From IMG/VR virus record IMGVR_UViG_3300036852_000134, positions 18,865-82,864 of that record: DNA of 64,000 nt. One strand, 5' to 3'. Below, piece after piece: positions 26,659 to 35,218 of the stretch; position 1 is the stretch's first letter, and each line of letters starts with the position of its first letter. The DNA is from a virus. The notes below the pieces were generated by a model. It searched no databases and had not been told where the DNA came from. It worked only from the letters and a program-made list of their open reading frames with translations. Made by a program: the position numbers and the translations under genes.

Positions 26659-27207
26659 TCACGCTGCCTCCAACTCTCTCTCGACAACTGGGGCAGGCGC
26701 GGAGACTGCTGGTGGCGTGCGCGGGCGCACGGGGGTGTACGCACGGGCGTGATGGCCGGCGCAGTAGGCCGACACCGGGATGCCCGGAAGCCCCATGCGG
26801 TCTAGGCCGCAGAATAGAGGCTCATGCGCGCCGACCGCTGCGGGGTCGCCAACTGGCCATTTGCAGTGCTTGAGATCCAGGTCGGCAAAGCTGATACGGG
26901 CCTTGTCGTCTGCCGCAGGCATGGGGAGTGGCGCCGGTTCCATCGGTGGACTGCGCACCATGTTGGGGGACGTGACGAAAACGAAGGGCTTACCCTTGCT
27001 TTTCGGCTTGGGCTGCCCCTTGGGTGGGACGCGGCGGCTGTATTTGATGCGTGACTTGGTGGCGCGGCCGGCGAGACCGAGGCGGTGGATCTTGCCAATC
27101 ACGCCGTTGCGCGTCACGCCGCCCAGCCGGCCAGCGATCTGGCTGCAGCTGAAGCCGTCGGCCCAGAGGCGCTTCAGGGCGGCGGTGCGCTCGTCATTCC
27201 ACCTCAT
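26659..27207 (-). CDS. gcrA: GcrA cell-cycle regulator homologue
   Basis: MRWNDER...LKRLWADG.S.SQIA..LGGVTRNGVIGKIHRLGL; CKWPVGDP..FCG..YC..H..RAY. Confidence 0.92.
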   Translation of the reverse strand: MRWNDERTAALKRLWADGFSCSQIAGRLGGVTRNGVIGKIHRLGLAGRATKSRIKYSRRVPPKGQPKPKSKGKPFVFVTSPNMVRSPPMEPAPLPMPAADDKARISFADLDLKHCKWPVGDPAAVGAHEPLFCGLDRMGLPGIPVSAYCAGHHARAYTPVRPRTPPAVSAPAPVVERELEAA

Positions 27208-27545
27208 GACGCGCGAGCCTCCGCGCGGCGCTCGCAGTAGGCGCGCTGCGACTGCCTCCTGCGCTCGATGAATTCCGGGTCTGCCCGGTTCCGCTCACGG
27301 TACGCCCTGACTATTCGCTTCTTGCGTTCGCGGAACTCCGGGTCGTTGCGGTAGCGCTCAACCTTGTATTTCCTATCCCGCGCGACGTCGCACGGCAGCT
27401 GCATCGGGTTGCCGCTAGGGCTTGTGTGCTGCCGCACCCGGTGAACGTAGGCGTAACTGAACCCGGTAAGCCGCACGATCTCAGCGTTGCTGAGGTGCAG
27501 GAGCTTCCGGATCTGATCTGCTTTGCTGAGTTGCGTCGCCATCAC
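27204..27545 (-). CDS. HTH-containing protein
   Basis: SNAEIVRLTGFSYAYVHRVR. Confidence 0.6.
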   Translation of the reverse strand: MMATQLSKADQIRKLLHLSNAEIVRLTGFSYAYVHRVRQHTSPSGNPMQLPCDVARDRKYKVERYRNDPEFRERKKRIVRAYRERNRADPEFIERRRQSQRAYCERRAEARAS

Positions 27546-27587
27546 GATGCCCTAATCTGTCTCGATACTGACGCAACGCGGGGTCCG

Positions 27588-27621
27588 AAAGTGGGGAGAG
27601 CCTTTTGAACTCTCCCCCAAA
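27588..27621 (-). terminator. Possible terminator (tR-like) in the cro-distal intergenic region
   Basis: GGGGAGAG/CTCTCCCC stem followed by ACTTT on the minus strand. Confidence 0.4.
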
Positions 27622-28159
27622 CGCAGTTAGGCGGCGCGGACTGATTAGCTGGCGAACGATATGTCCACCCTCTCGGGCAGCCCTGCAGTACCAACCAGCG
27701 GCATCAGTCCTTCTCTTGAGGTGCGACCGCCACCGAACATGGCCGCCCCATGGGAGAGGTACGCAGGGACCACGCCTTGCGGCGCCGCGATTTCGACGGG
27801 CAGCTCAGCGGAGATCAACCCGCCTATCGGCTTGGCCTAGGTTCGGAGGCATCGTTGCCGGGCCGCCCCAGCTCATCCCCCTCGGTCTAGGCTTCGTCGC
27901 CCGTCGAAATCGCGCCGACGCCAGGAAACTCAAACGCGACTTATGCTGACGTACTTGTCCACAACCGTTGTGCGCTGCCGATCAGAACCTTGACCGTCAT
28001 ACCCCCGTCACATTCCGCCTTGACGCTGCATCTTTACTGTGCACAGTGCTTGCGCAGAGCTTCTGCGTGCGGGACGCTCAGGGGTGGGCAACAACAAACA
28101 ACGTCGGCGCACTCGACATACGCGGGTAACTCGGGATGCAACTGACACTGAGAGACTAC

Positions 28160-28447
28160 TTACGCAGCCGCGCGCTCGGATTGACGCTTAGGGCGCGGCT
28201 TCTGGCCTTGCTTACGTAGAGTTTCGTTGGCCTTGTGCAGGTCGCTCTCCGTGACTTCACAGGCCGACATAACGAAGCTCCAGTGCCGCTCAGGAATGCC
28301 AATCTCGAACCACGAGTAGATCGACTTCTCGGCGACCGCCTGGTCTGGCCGTAGCTTCCTGCTGCGCACGAGTTCCCTCATGTGAGCATGCAGCCCCTTC
28401 GGGCCGCCTGCTCTCTGGATGATCTCGCGAACGTCGAGGGTGCTCAT
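28160..28447 (-). CDS. cro: Cro-like repressor
   Basis: Divergent from cI; IIQRAGG, KSIYSW..GIPERHW. Confidence 0.75.
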   Translation of the reverse strand: MSTLDVREIIQRAGGPKGLHAHMRELVRSRKLRPDQAVAEKSIYSWFEIGIPERHWSFVMSACEVTESDLHKANETLRKQGQKPRPKRQSERAAA

Positions 28448-28454
28448 GCTTGTC

Positions 28455-28499
28455 ACCATAATCTGAGATTTTCGGAATTGCAAGCCGAGAAAATTGGAA
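28455..28499 (-). promoter_or_regulatory. pR promoter and OR operators
   Basis: TTGCAA-17-TATGGT (28483-28455); imperfect 17-bp palindromes at 28461-28477 and 28483-28499. Confidence 0.7.
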
Positions 28500-28535
28500 G
28501 CATGGTGTCACGGTTAGCGGCTAAAGTCCGAACCC

Positions 28536-29159
28536 ATGAAATGGTGGGAACGACTAGGCCGCGTGGTGGAAGCACGCAAACTGTCCGTCGAGGAAATCTC
28601 GGCGCGCTCGGGCGTGCCTGTGAAGAGTGTGTACGGGTACATCAATGGTGACGTTGAGAATCCGCGTGGGGATGTCATCAAGAGACTGGCGGAAGCTATT
28701 GGTATGTCTGAGCAGGAGCTGCGCTACGGAAGTGGTCCCCAACACCTAGTCACAGCTAAACGCATCCCGTTGTTGGATATGCACAAATTGGGCAAGCTTA
28801 AGGTTGGAGAGAACCCTCTGTCACAGTGGGACGGGGTCTCTACGGCCGAAGTTCCTGTAGAGATTCCAGAGGGTTGCTTCGCCGTTCTCCTGGCTGACGA
28901 GAGCATGGAGCCAGAGTTCAAGAAGGGCTCAGTCATCATCTGCGACCCGAACGCGCCCATCATTCCAGGCAAGTACGTCGTCGTCGTCATGCCCGATAGC
29001 GAGGATGCCTTGTTCGGCCGGTTCAGGCCTGTGGGCTACAAGGATCTCCGGCGCTTTACGCTCATCCGAACCGGTGAGGACTATCCCGAGATCGAGTTCG
29101 GCGCGAAGGTGAAGGGTTTCATCATCGCCCGCGCCATCAAGCACGTCCGGGACATCTAA
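28536..29159 (+). CDS. cI: CI-like repressor (XRE HTH + S24-like domain)
   Basis: HTH SVEEISARSGVPVKSVYGYING; ESMEPEF..G..IICDP. Confidence 0.9.
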   Translation: MKWWERLGRVVEARKLSVEEISARSGVPVKSVYGYINGDVENPRGDVIKRLAEAIGMSEQELRYGSGPQHLVTAKRIPLLDMHKLGKLKVGENPLSQWDGVSTAEVPVEIPEGCFAVLLADESMEPEFKKGSVIICDPNAPIIPGKYVVVVMPDSEDALFGRFRPVGYKDLRRFTLIRTGEDYPEIEFGAKVKGFIIARAIKHVRDI

Positions 29160-29225
29160 ACCACCCTTACAACTTGTGCTGACAACCGTGGCCACAAAGC
29201 CACGGCTGACTTGCTGCGACGGGCG

Positions 29226-29284
29226 TTCTGAGTTTTTCGGAAGATTTTTATTGACGGTTCCCGGAAATTCGGAAATATTCAGAA
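29226..29284 (+). promoter_or_regulatory. pL promoter and OL operators
   Basis: TTGACG-17-AATATT; operators TTCTGAGTTTTTCGGAA, TTCCCGGAAATTCGGAA and TTCGGAAATATTCAGAA match OR. Confidence 0.7.
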
Positions 29285-29444
29285 CAACACCGACACGGGT
29301 GTTCGGCTTCCACGCCGCTGACCGCAGGCTTCCCAGAGCGCCCTGCTCACTTGCGGCGCGGTCAGAGGGGTGAGGCGGCCCGCAGTCCCCTCCGCTAGCA
29401 GCGGCCCGTGTCGGTGCCGCCTTGGTTGAGGATGGAGAGATTGC

Positions 29445-29657
29445 ATGCCACTCGACACCAGCTTTGAGACCTACGCGCCTCGTTTCGAGAAGTCGTCCGA
29501 CCTCCTCTACTACCAGCTCAAGCTGGTCGAGTGCCGCCTCTCCGGAGATCGCCGCAACGTCCCCTGGTTCCTGCGCTGCGCCGCTAGCTACCGCGAGCGC
29601 GACGTGCACTCCGAGCCTCACGACCATGGTGATTGGCTCGATCGGTGCGGATGGTGA
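29445..29657 (+). CDS. Hypothetical protein
   Basis: GGAGA RBS; first gene of the pL operon. Confidence 0.6.
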   Translation: MPLDTSFETYAPRFEKSSDLLYYQLKLVECRLSGDRRNVPWFLRCAASYRERDVHSEPHDHGDWLDRCGW

Positions 29658-29662
29658 GCGCC

Positions 29663-29860
29663 ATGACCGTCTCCTTCTCCAAGACATTCCCCGACTACCG
29701 CGCTGCCGCCATGTGGTGCACCGCCCACGACTTTGATGGCGCTGTGATCGCTGACGCCCCCAACGGCGGCGTGATCGTCACCCTGTACGACGCCAACGCG
29801 ATTGCCGCCATTGAGGCGGAGACGCAGGCGAGAGCCAAGATGACACCGGAGGCTGCGTAA
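29663..29860 (+). CDS. Hypothetical protein
   Basis: Operon context. Confidence 0.55.
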   Translation: MTVSFSKTFPDYRAAAMWCTAHDFDGAVIADAPNGGVIVTLYDANAIAAIEAETQARAKMTPEAA

Positions 29861-29861
29861 A

Positions 29862-30263
29862 ATGTCGCTCACAGTTGAAAGCTGGATCGAGGCGCTGGAG
29901 AGCGGGAAGTATGGGCAGGCGACTGGTCATCTTCGTGATGACGACGGCTTTTGCTGCCTAGGCGTTGCTTGCGATCTTGCTGACCCGAAGGGATGGGAGC
30001 CACACGGAGAATTCAGTTTCACGCATCATGACTCAGCAAGTTTCCTGCCCGACGACGTGCGCCTTTCCGTTGGGCTGGACACCGAATGCGGCGGGTTCGA
30101 TTTCGAGAGCCTTCCGCAGGAACTCAGGCGCGAGATTTGCAACTACACTCGTTATGGAGCTAGCGCGCTCTCGACGCTCAACGACCGCGGTGTTCCCTTC
30201 CCCCTCATCGCCAAGGTGATCCGCGCCCGCCCGAAGGGCTTGTTCCGGGAGGAAACCCCATGA
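29862..30263 (+). CDS. Conserved phage hypothetical protein
   Basis: WIEALESGKYGQ..G.L....GFCCLGVAC; LND.G..F..IA..I. Confidence 0.75.
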   Translation: MSLTVESWIEALESGKYGQATGHLRDDDGFCCLGVACDLADPKGWEPHGEFSFTHHDSASFLPDDVRLSVGLDTECGGFDFESLPQELRREICNYTRYGASALSTLNDRGVPFPLIAKVIRARPKGLFREETP

Positions 30264-30610
30264 CCGTCACCACATCCTCCGAGTATTGGACCACCGACAT
30301 TGATCAGGTCCGGCAGACCCTGCGAAACATCGAGAACCTAAAGCTGACTCTCCGGGTCGCGCCGCCCCGCCTCACCCATACCGACATCCTGATCCGTGAG
30401 GTCCAAGATCTGGACCGGGCGCTGGAACAGGTTCGGACGCTCACTCACATCTTCGCCCTGACCATCTGCACCAGCTGCGTGGTCGGAGGCAGCATCGTCG
30501 GCGCCTTCACCCAAATTCCGACCCTGAATGTGGCGACGGCCATTGGGCTGATCACATCCGGCATCGTCGCCCTCTGGGCCTGCATCACCTTCTCGCTTCG
30601 CAACGCGTAG
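30260..30610 (+). CDS. Membrane hypothetical protein
   Basis: Two C-terminal TM segments. Confidence 0.6.
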   Translation: MTVTTSSEYWTTDIDQVRQTLRNIENLKLTLRVAPPRLTHTDILIREVQDLDRALEQVRTLTHIFALTICTSCVVGGSIVGAFTQIPTLNVATAIGLITSGIVALWACITFSLRNA

Positions 30611-30619
30611 GAGTCACCC

Positions 30620-31069
30620 GTGACCGAAGCTGCGGCCATGTTCGATAAGAACTCGATAGAGCAAGCGGCCAAGTACCCAGGGCTTGGCCCGGCCTACTTC
30701 GAGGCTCGCGTCATCGTCGAACGCCAGATGGCGAAATTCGAGGCGGAGCATTTCGAGCCGCTCCTCAAGAAGTTCACTGACGCCTTTCGCGAGAAGCTGT
30801 GGGACGACGTGCGCGACCACATGCTCGGCGACACCGAGATGAACCTGCAAAGCCACATCTACCACATGGTGGACTCCTGCATGCACGCGATCCTAGCCGG
30901 CGAACAGTGGGCAATCGAGCGGTACGCGCTGCAGAAGTACGACGCCAGGAAGGCGCGCGAGGCCATAGCCAAGCACATCCCGGCCGAATTACAGAACGCC
31001 CGGATCGCCGACATGGAGGAGGAGATTGCGCGCCTCCGCCGTGACCTAGAATTCTACCACCGCCGCTGA
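30620..31069 (+). CDS. Hypothetical protein
   Basis: AGGAG RBS. Confidence 0.7.
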   Translation: MTEAAAMFDKNSIEQAAKYPGLGPAYFEARVIVERQMAKFEAEHFEPLLKKFTDAFREKLWDDVRDHMLGDTEMNLQSHIYHMVDSCMHAILAGEQWAIERYALQKYDARKAREAIAKHIPAELQNARIADMEEEIARLRRDLEFYHRR

Positions 31070-31089
31070 TCAGTCCAAGGAGTTCCCCC

Positions 31090-31311
31090 ATGTCCCAAGA
31101 CACGCAGTGCTACGACACGCCGGAGCGCATCAAAGCGAAGCGCAAGGTCTACCTGATCCCATGGGAGGTAACAGGGTTCGTGGAGGTTGTCGCCTTAAGC
31201 GCTCTGGATGCCGAGGCGATAGCCGAAGCGTGGACGCCAGAAGCGCTCATCGCCACCGGCAATTACGAGTTCGAGACCCTGCCTCCGATGGAGAAGGGTC
31301 AAGTGCAGTGA
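31090..31311 (+). CDS. Hypothetical protein
   Basis: AAGGAG RBS. Confidence 0.6.
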   Translation: MSQDTQCYDTPERIKAKRKVYLIPWEVTGFVEVVALSALDAEAIAEAWTPEALIATGNYEFETLPPMEKGQVQ

Positions 31312-31643
31312 CCATCTCCATCACCCTCACCCACTACGACCTCGGCCCGCTCAAGGTCCAGATCTGGGAAGAGGCGACGTGGCGCATGCGCCGCCGCATC
31401 TGGACGTGTCCCGATGATCCTGAGCTTGGGTCATTCGAGAACGGCGACTTCGAGGAAGCGCCCGTCACCATTGAGACGCTGTTGCTCGCGGCCCGCAACG
31501 ATCAGATCGCGAGCGCAACTACCCTCCCCCACAAGGGGGAGGGTCCCCCTCCCTTGTGGGGGGAGCTGAGCTTCCAAAGAGGGCGTTTGGAAGATGCGGC
31601 GGACCCCAGCGGCAGCGAATTCCTCCTCGCTGCCGCTGGGTGA
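31308..31643 (+). CDS. Hypothetical protein (MTISITLTHYDLGP...) whose 3' end runs through palindromic repeats
   Basis: GTGA coupling. Confidence 0.5.
   Translation: MTISITLTHYDLGPLKVQIWEEATWRMRRRIWTCPDDPELGSFENGDFEEAPVTIETLLLAARNDQIASATTLPHKGEGPPPLWGELSFQRGRLEDAADPSGSEFLLAAAG
31522..31565. repeat. Rhizobial REP/RIME-like palindromic element, two head-to-head units
   Basis: CCCTCCCCCACAAGGGGGAGGG followed by TCCCCCTCCCTTGTGGGGGGAG. Confidence 0.5.
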
Positions 31644-31749
31644 TGAAATTCAGGGTTGCCCGGCAACGGGCGAAACGGAGGCGGTTCGGTTGGCGCCCGC
31701 ACCCCGGCTGGACCGCCTCCGGTCTCAACACGAGAGGAAATTGAGTGAG

Positions 31750-31980
31750 ATGGCTGACGAGTTTCCTGACGAGACGGTGTTGCCGGACGATTACCCGATC
31801 TATGGCGACTACCTCTACGTGACCGACGGCAAGCTCTATCGCTCTGACTGGCACGGCATCACTGTCCGTCAGTTGAAGCGCCACGAAGGCTTCACGGAGG
31901 TCCGCCGCTGCAACATCGAGGCGAGACGAGAGGAGCACGAGAAACGGAAGGCTACGCAAGCGAACGGGGCTACGCCGTGA
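31750..31980 (+). CDS. Hypothetical protein
   Basis: GAGAGG RBS. Confidence 0.6.
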   Translation: MADEFPDETVLPDDYPIYGDYLYVTDGKLYRSDWHGITVRQLKRHEGFTEVRRCNIEARREEHEKRKATQANGATP

Positions 31981-32234
31981 CCGATCTCTCTCCCCGCGTC
32001 CTTCCGTTCCCCAAGCAGCACCGCAAGGCAGACTGCCAAGGCGAGGTCCGCAAGGTCTCCCTCAGGTCCCCCACCATGAGTCAGCTTCTCCAGTCCATAG
32101 GCGTGGACCCCGCTAAGTGGTGGATCGAGAACGGGACGGCAATGGTCAACCAAGGTCTCAAGGACATCGCAGCGAATGCCGACCGCGCCCATGTGCGCGA
32201 GCTGCTGCTGATGAAATTGGAGGAGTTCAAGTGA
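31977..32234 (+). CDS. Hypothetical protein
   Basis: Coupled. Confidence 0.55.
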   Translation: MTDLSPRVLPFPKQHRKADCQGEVRKVSLRSPTMSQLLQSIGVDPAKWWIENGTAMVNQGLKDIAANADRAHVRELLLMKLEEFK

Positions 32235-32422
32235 TGGCCGAACCAGCACCCGAGCCCAAAGGCGTAGGGCCTCACTCCACCACCGAAGAAATCGAGGCCG
32301 CCATCGTCAGCATTTCAGAGGCGATGAAGGGGCCAATGCCGAACACGGAGCGCATGCTGCTGCACGAGGACCGCAAGGAAATGCGGGCTGAACTGGCGCG
32401 GCGCAAGGAGCGTAAGCCATGA
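32234..32422 (+). CDS. Hypothetical protein
   Basis: TGATG coupling; GGAGGAG RBS. Confidence 0.55.
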   Translation: MAEPAPEPKGVGPHSTTEEIEAAIVSISEAMKGPMPNTERMLLHEDRKEMRAELARRKERKP

Positions 32423-33258
32423 CCCAACCAGTACCCGAGATCCAAGGCGAAGTTTTGGCGCCAGCGGCCAGGACGCGGAAGCGCGGGAATGGCAAGGCAC
32501 TCGCTGTGGCAACTGAGGCTCCGCCGCCCGCGCCTGTCTCGGAGTCAGCGGCGTTTGCCGCCCTATTCGAGCGCTTGGCGCGCGACCCCGCAATTGACCC
32601 CGCCCGTATCCAGCAGTTCCTCCAGATGAAGCGGGAGGAGGAAGACCGCCAGGCGCAGCGGGCCTTCAACGCATCGATGGCCGCCGCACAAGCCGAACTG
32701 ATCCCGGTGGCGCGCAACCGTCCGAATGATCAGACACACTCCAAGTATGCCGACCTGGCCGCCATTGCGGAGGCCGCCATGCCCATCATCCACAGTCACG
32801 GCTTTGGGCTCGGGTTCAGCGAGTTCCAGTCCCACAAGGAAGGGCATATGGGCGTCGCCTGCAAGGTCTCCCATGCCGGGGGCTTCAGCGAGCGCTACGA
32901 GTTCCATGTGCCGATGGACGGCGCCGGCCTTCGCGGCAATGCCAACAAGACCGCGACACACGCCTACGGGTCTACGTTCAGCTACGGGCGCCGCTATGCT
33001 ACGTGCGGTGTGTTCAACATCGCGACCAAGGACGACAACGACGGCAACGCCCCAAAAGAAAAAGCCCCGGCAGAGCGCATCACGGCAGAACAGCTCGCCA
33101 ACTTGAATGCGCTCCTGCAGAAGACCCAAGAGCCGGCCGCGAGCGTTCAGATCACCCTTCAACGCTTCAAGGTTGACAGTCTGACCGACCTGACTCCGAA
33201 GCAGTACGACCTGTGCGTCAAGAAGCTCAACGAGGCGATAGGGGCGCACAATGACTGA
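32419..33258 (+). CDS. erf: ERF-family ssDNA-annealing recombinase
   Basis: SKYADL, HGFG, H.GG, GSTFSYGRRYA..GVFNI...DDNDG. Confidence 0.9.
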   Translation: MTQPVPEIQGEVLAPAARTRKRGNGKALAVATEAPPPAPVSESAAFAALFERLARDPAIDPARIQQFLQMKREEEDRQAQRAFNASMAAAQAELIPVARNRPNDQTHSKYADLAAIAEAAMPIIHSHGFGLGFSEFQSHKEGHMGVACKVSHAGGFSERYEFHVPMDGAGLRGNANKTATHAYGSTFSYGRRYATCGVFNIATKDDNDGNAPKEKAPAERITAEQLANLNALLQKTQEPAASVQITLQRFKVDSLTDLTPKQYDLCVKKLNEAIGAHND

Positions 33259-33898
33259 AGAATTGCAGCAGGGCTCGGCAGAGTGGATTGCAGCTCGGCT
33301 AGGCAAGGTCACGGCATCGCGCATTTCAGACGTGATGGCAAAGACCAAGAGCGGCGCACCGAGTGAGATGCGTGCCAACTACATGGCCGATCTCATCACG
33401 GAAAGGCTAACCGGGAAGCAGGCCGAGCGGTATGTCAGCGCCGCGATGCAGTGGGGCACGGACACCGAGGCCGCAGCTCGCGCCTCCTACCAATTCGAGG
33501 CTGGCGTTCTGGTGCAGACTGTCGGCTTCGTGGACCACCCGCGCATCTCGATGTCCGGCGCCAGCCCCGATGGATACGTCGGCTCCGAGGGGCTGATTGA
33601 GGCGAAGTGCCCAGAGACGAAGACCCACATCAACACCTTGCTGGGCGCCTCCGTTGACGGCCGCTACGTCAAGCAGATCCAGTGGCAGCTTGGGACGACA
33701 GGCCGGAAGTGGTGCGACTTCATCTCATTCGACCCCAGGATGCCAGAGTCCATGCAGATCCACATCACCCGCGTCCACCGCGACGACAAGCTGATCACCG
33801 AGCTTGAAGCCCAGGTGCGCGAGTTCCTGTCCGAGCTGGACGCGAAGCTTGCAGCGCTCACGTCTCGGTACGGCACTCCTGTTCGCGAGGCCGCCTGA
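33251..33898 (+). CDS. YqaJ/lambda-exonuclease family protein
   Basis: QGSAEW..ARLGKVTAS, MQWG..TE, GASPDG, IEAKCP, Y..QIQWQL. Confidence 0.92.
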   Translation: MTEELQQGSAEWIAARLGKVTASRISDVMAKTKSGAPSEMRANYMADLITERLTGKQAERYVSAAMQWGTDTEAAARASYQFEAGVLVQTVGFVDHPRISMSGASPDGYVGSEGLIEAKCPETKTHINTLLGASVDGRYVKQIQWQLGTTGRKWCDFISFDPRMPESMQIHITRVHRDDKLITELEAQVREFLSELDAKLAALTSRYGTPVREAA

Positions 33899-34107
33899 TG
33901 CCCGCCATAGCCGAAGCCCTGAAGCGCGGGCAAGAGACCTACATCTGCGCCGAGTGCGCCTACAAGGCCGGCGGGGTTTGGCCGCGAGGGCACGTCGCCA
34001 CCTTTAGCGCAGGCCAATGCGCAGAGTGCGAGGAGGAGAAGTCAACCTGCGCCCTGTCCGATTGGAATTGGCCGGGGCGGAGGACGACGCTGGAGCGGGA
34101 AGTGTGA
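33898..34107 (+). CDS. Small zinc-finger-like protein
   Basis: Two CAEC motifs. Confidence 0.6.
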   Translation: MPAIAEALKRGQETYICAECAYKAGGVWPRGHVATFSAGQCAECEEEKSTCALSDWNWPGRRTTLEREV

Positions 34108-34274
34108 TGGCCAAGCCCGCGCCAACGAACCTGGATCTCTGGTTCGAGGTCATGAAGCTGGCGAAGCGCGGGCTCGGGTACGAGGACTGCATCGTGAAAC
34201 TCAAGATGCCGCGTGATCCAGAGACGCGCGATTGGGTGAGGCGCATCGTGCTGAACAAGGGATGGGAGAAGTGA
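34107..34274 (+). CDS. Hypothetical protein
   Basis: TGATG coupling. Confidence 0.5.
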   Translation: MAKPAPTNLDLWFEVMKLAKRGLGYEDCIVKLKMPRDPETRDWVRRIVLNKGWEK

Positions 34275-34771
34275 GTAACTCAGACCACGCGCTCGCCAAG
34301 TCCAGAGCCCCGCAGGGCCGCGGTGACGGGCAAACGTGCCCGCATTGCAAGCAGCCATGGCAGCACCGCAGCGACGCCGATCACCGCATGTTCTGGAGCA
34401 TTCTGGAACTCGCCTACCAGAACTGGCCCGAACATGAATTTCAGCCTCTCGGCAAGATGCACCTCTATGGGTGGCTCTTAATTGAGTCCGGATGGCACGA
34501 ACCGCCGATCGAAATCGAGAGCCGCAACAAGGATTTCATCCGGGATATCGTTATGTCGTTATTTCCCGCACTGAAATCCAAGATCCACTGCATCAGGTTT
34601 TCACCGACTGCGAAAGGCGTGCGCGTCTTGATCCCCAAGAGCCTAGATTACAAGACAGCAGGAAAGCGGCAGTTTCAGGACGTGCGTGCAAAGGTTTACG
34701 AGGTGATTGAAAGCGTCCTGCAAGTTCCAGTGGAGACGCTGAAACGGGAGTCGCGGCAGGAAGCCGCTTAA
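34271..34771 (+). CDS. NinB/DUF1367-like protein
   Basis: RSDADHRMFW...AYQNWPE.HEFQP; PKSLDY. Confidence 0.6.
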   Translation: MSNSDHALAKSRAPQGRGDGQTCPHCKQPWQHRSDADHRMFWSILELAYQNWPEHEFQPLGKMHLYGWLLIESGWHEPPIEIESRNKDFIRDIVMSLFPALKSKIHCIRFSPTAKGVRVLIPKSLDYKTAGKRQFQDVRAKVYEVIESVLQVPVETLKRESRQEAA

Positions 34772-34782
34772 CGGAGGACATC

Positions 34783-35217
34783 ATGAAAATCCAAGGCATA
34801 GACGTGATCGACGCCAACGAGGAAATCGAGGTCACGATCACGCCGAACGATATCAAGCTCGGCAAGAAGAAGAGCGCCCACGAGTGCGCCGCCGCTCGCG
34901 CCCTTTGCCGGGAGCATCACGCGGAAGCGGCAACCGTCCACCTCAGCCGCGCCTATATCAAGAAGAACGGCAAATGGTGGCGATACAGCGTTCCGCCAAT
35001 GCTTCGTTCTGAGGTTGTGGCATTCGACCGTGGCGGAAACTTCGCGCCCGGAGATTACACGCTAAAGACCGTGCAGCCGACGGTTCGGCTCGACGCTCCG
35101 GTCAAGAGGAAATGGAAGAAACCGGCTAGTTCCAGGCCTCAAAATGGCAACCGCCCGAAGAAGCCCTATCACGTCGTGACTGGCGTTCGGGGCCAGATGG
35201 TCCCGGATTGGGAGTGA
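34783..35217 (+). CDS. Hypothetical protein
   Basis: GGAGG RBS. Confidence 0.7.
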   Translation: MKIQGIDVIDANEEIEVTITPNDIKLGKKKSAHECAAARALCREHHAEAATVHLSRAYIKKNGKWWRYSVPPMLRSEVVAFDRGGNFAPGDYTLKTVQPTVRLDAPVKRKWKKPASSRPQNGNRPKKPYHVVTGVRGQMVPDWE

Positions 35218-35218
35218 C

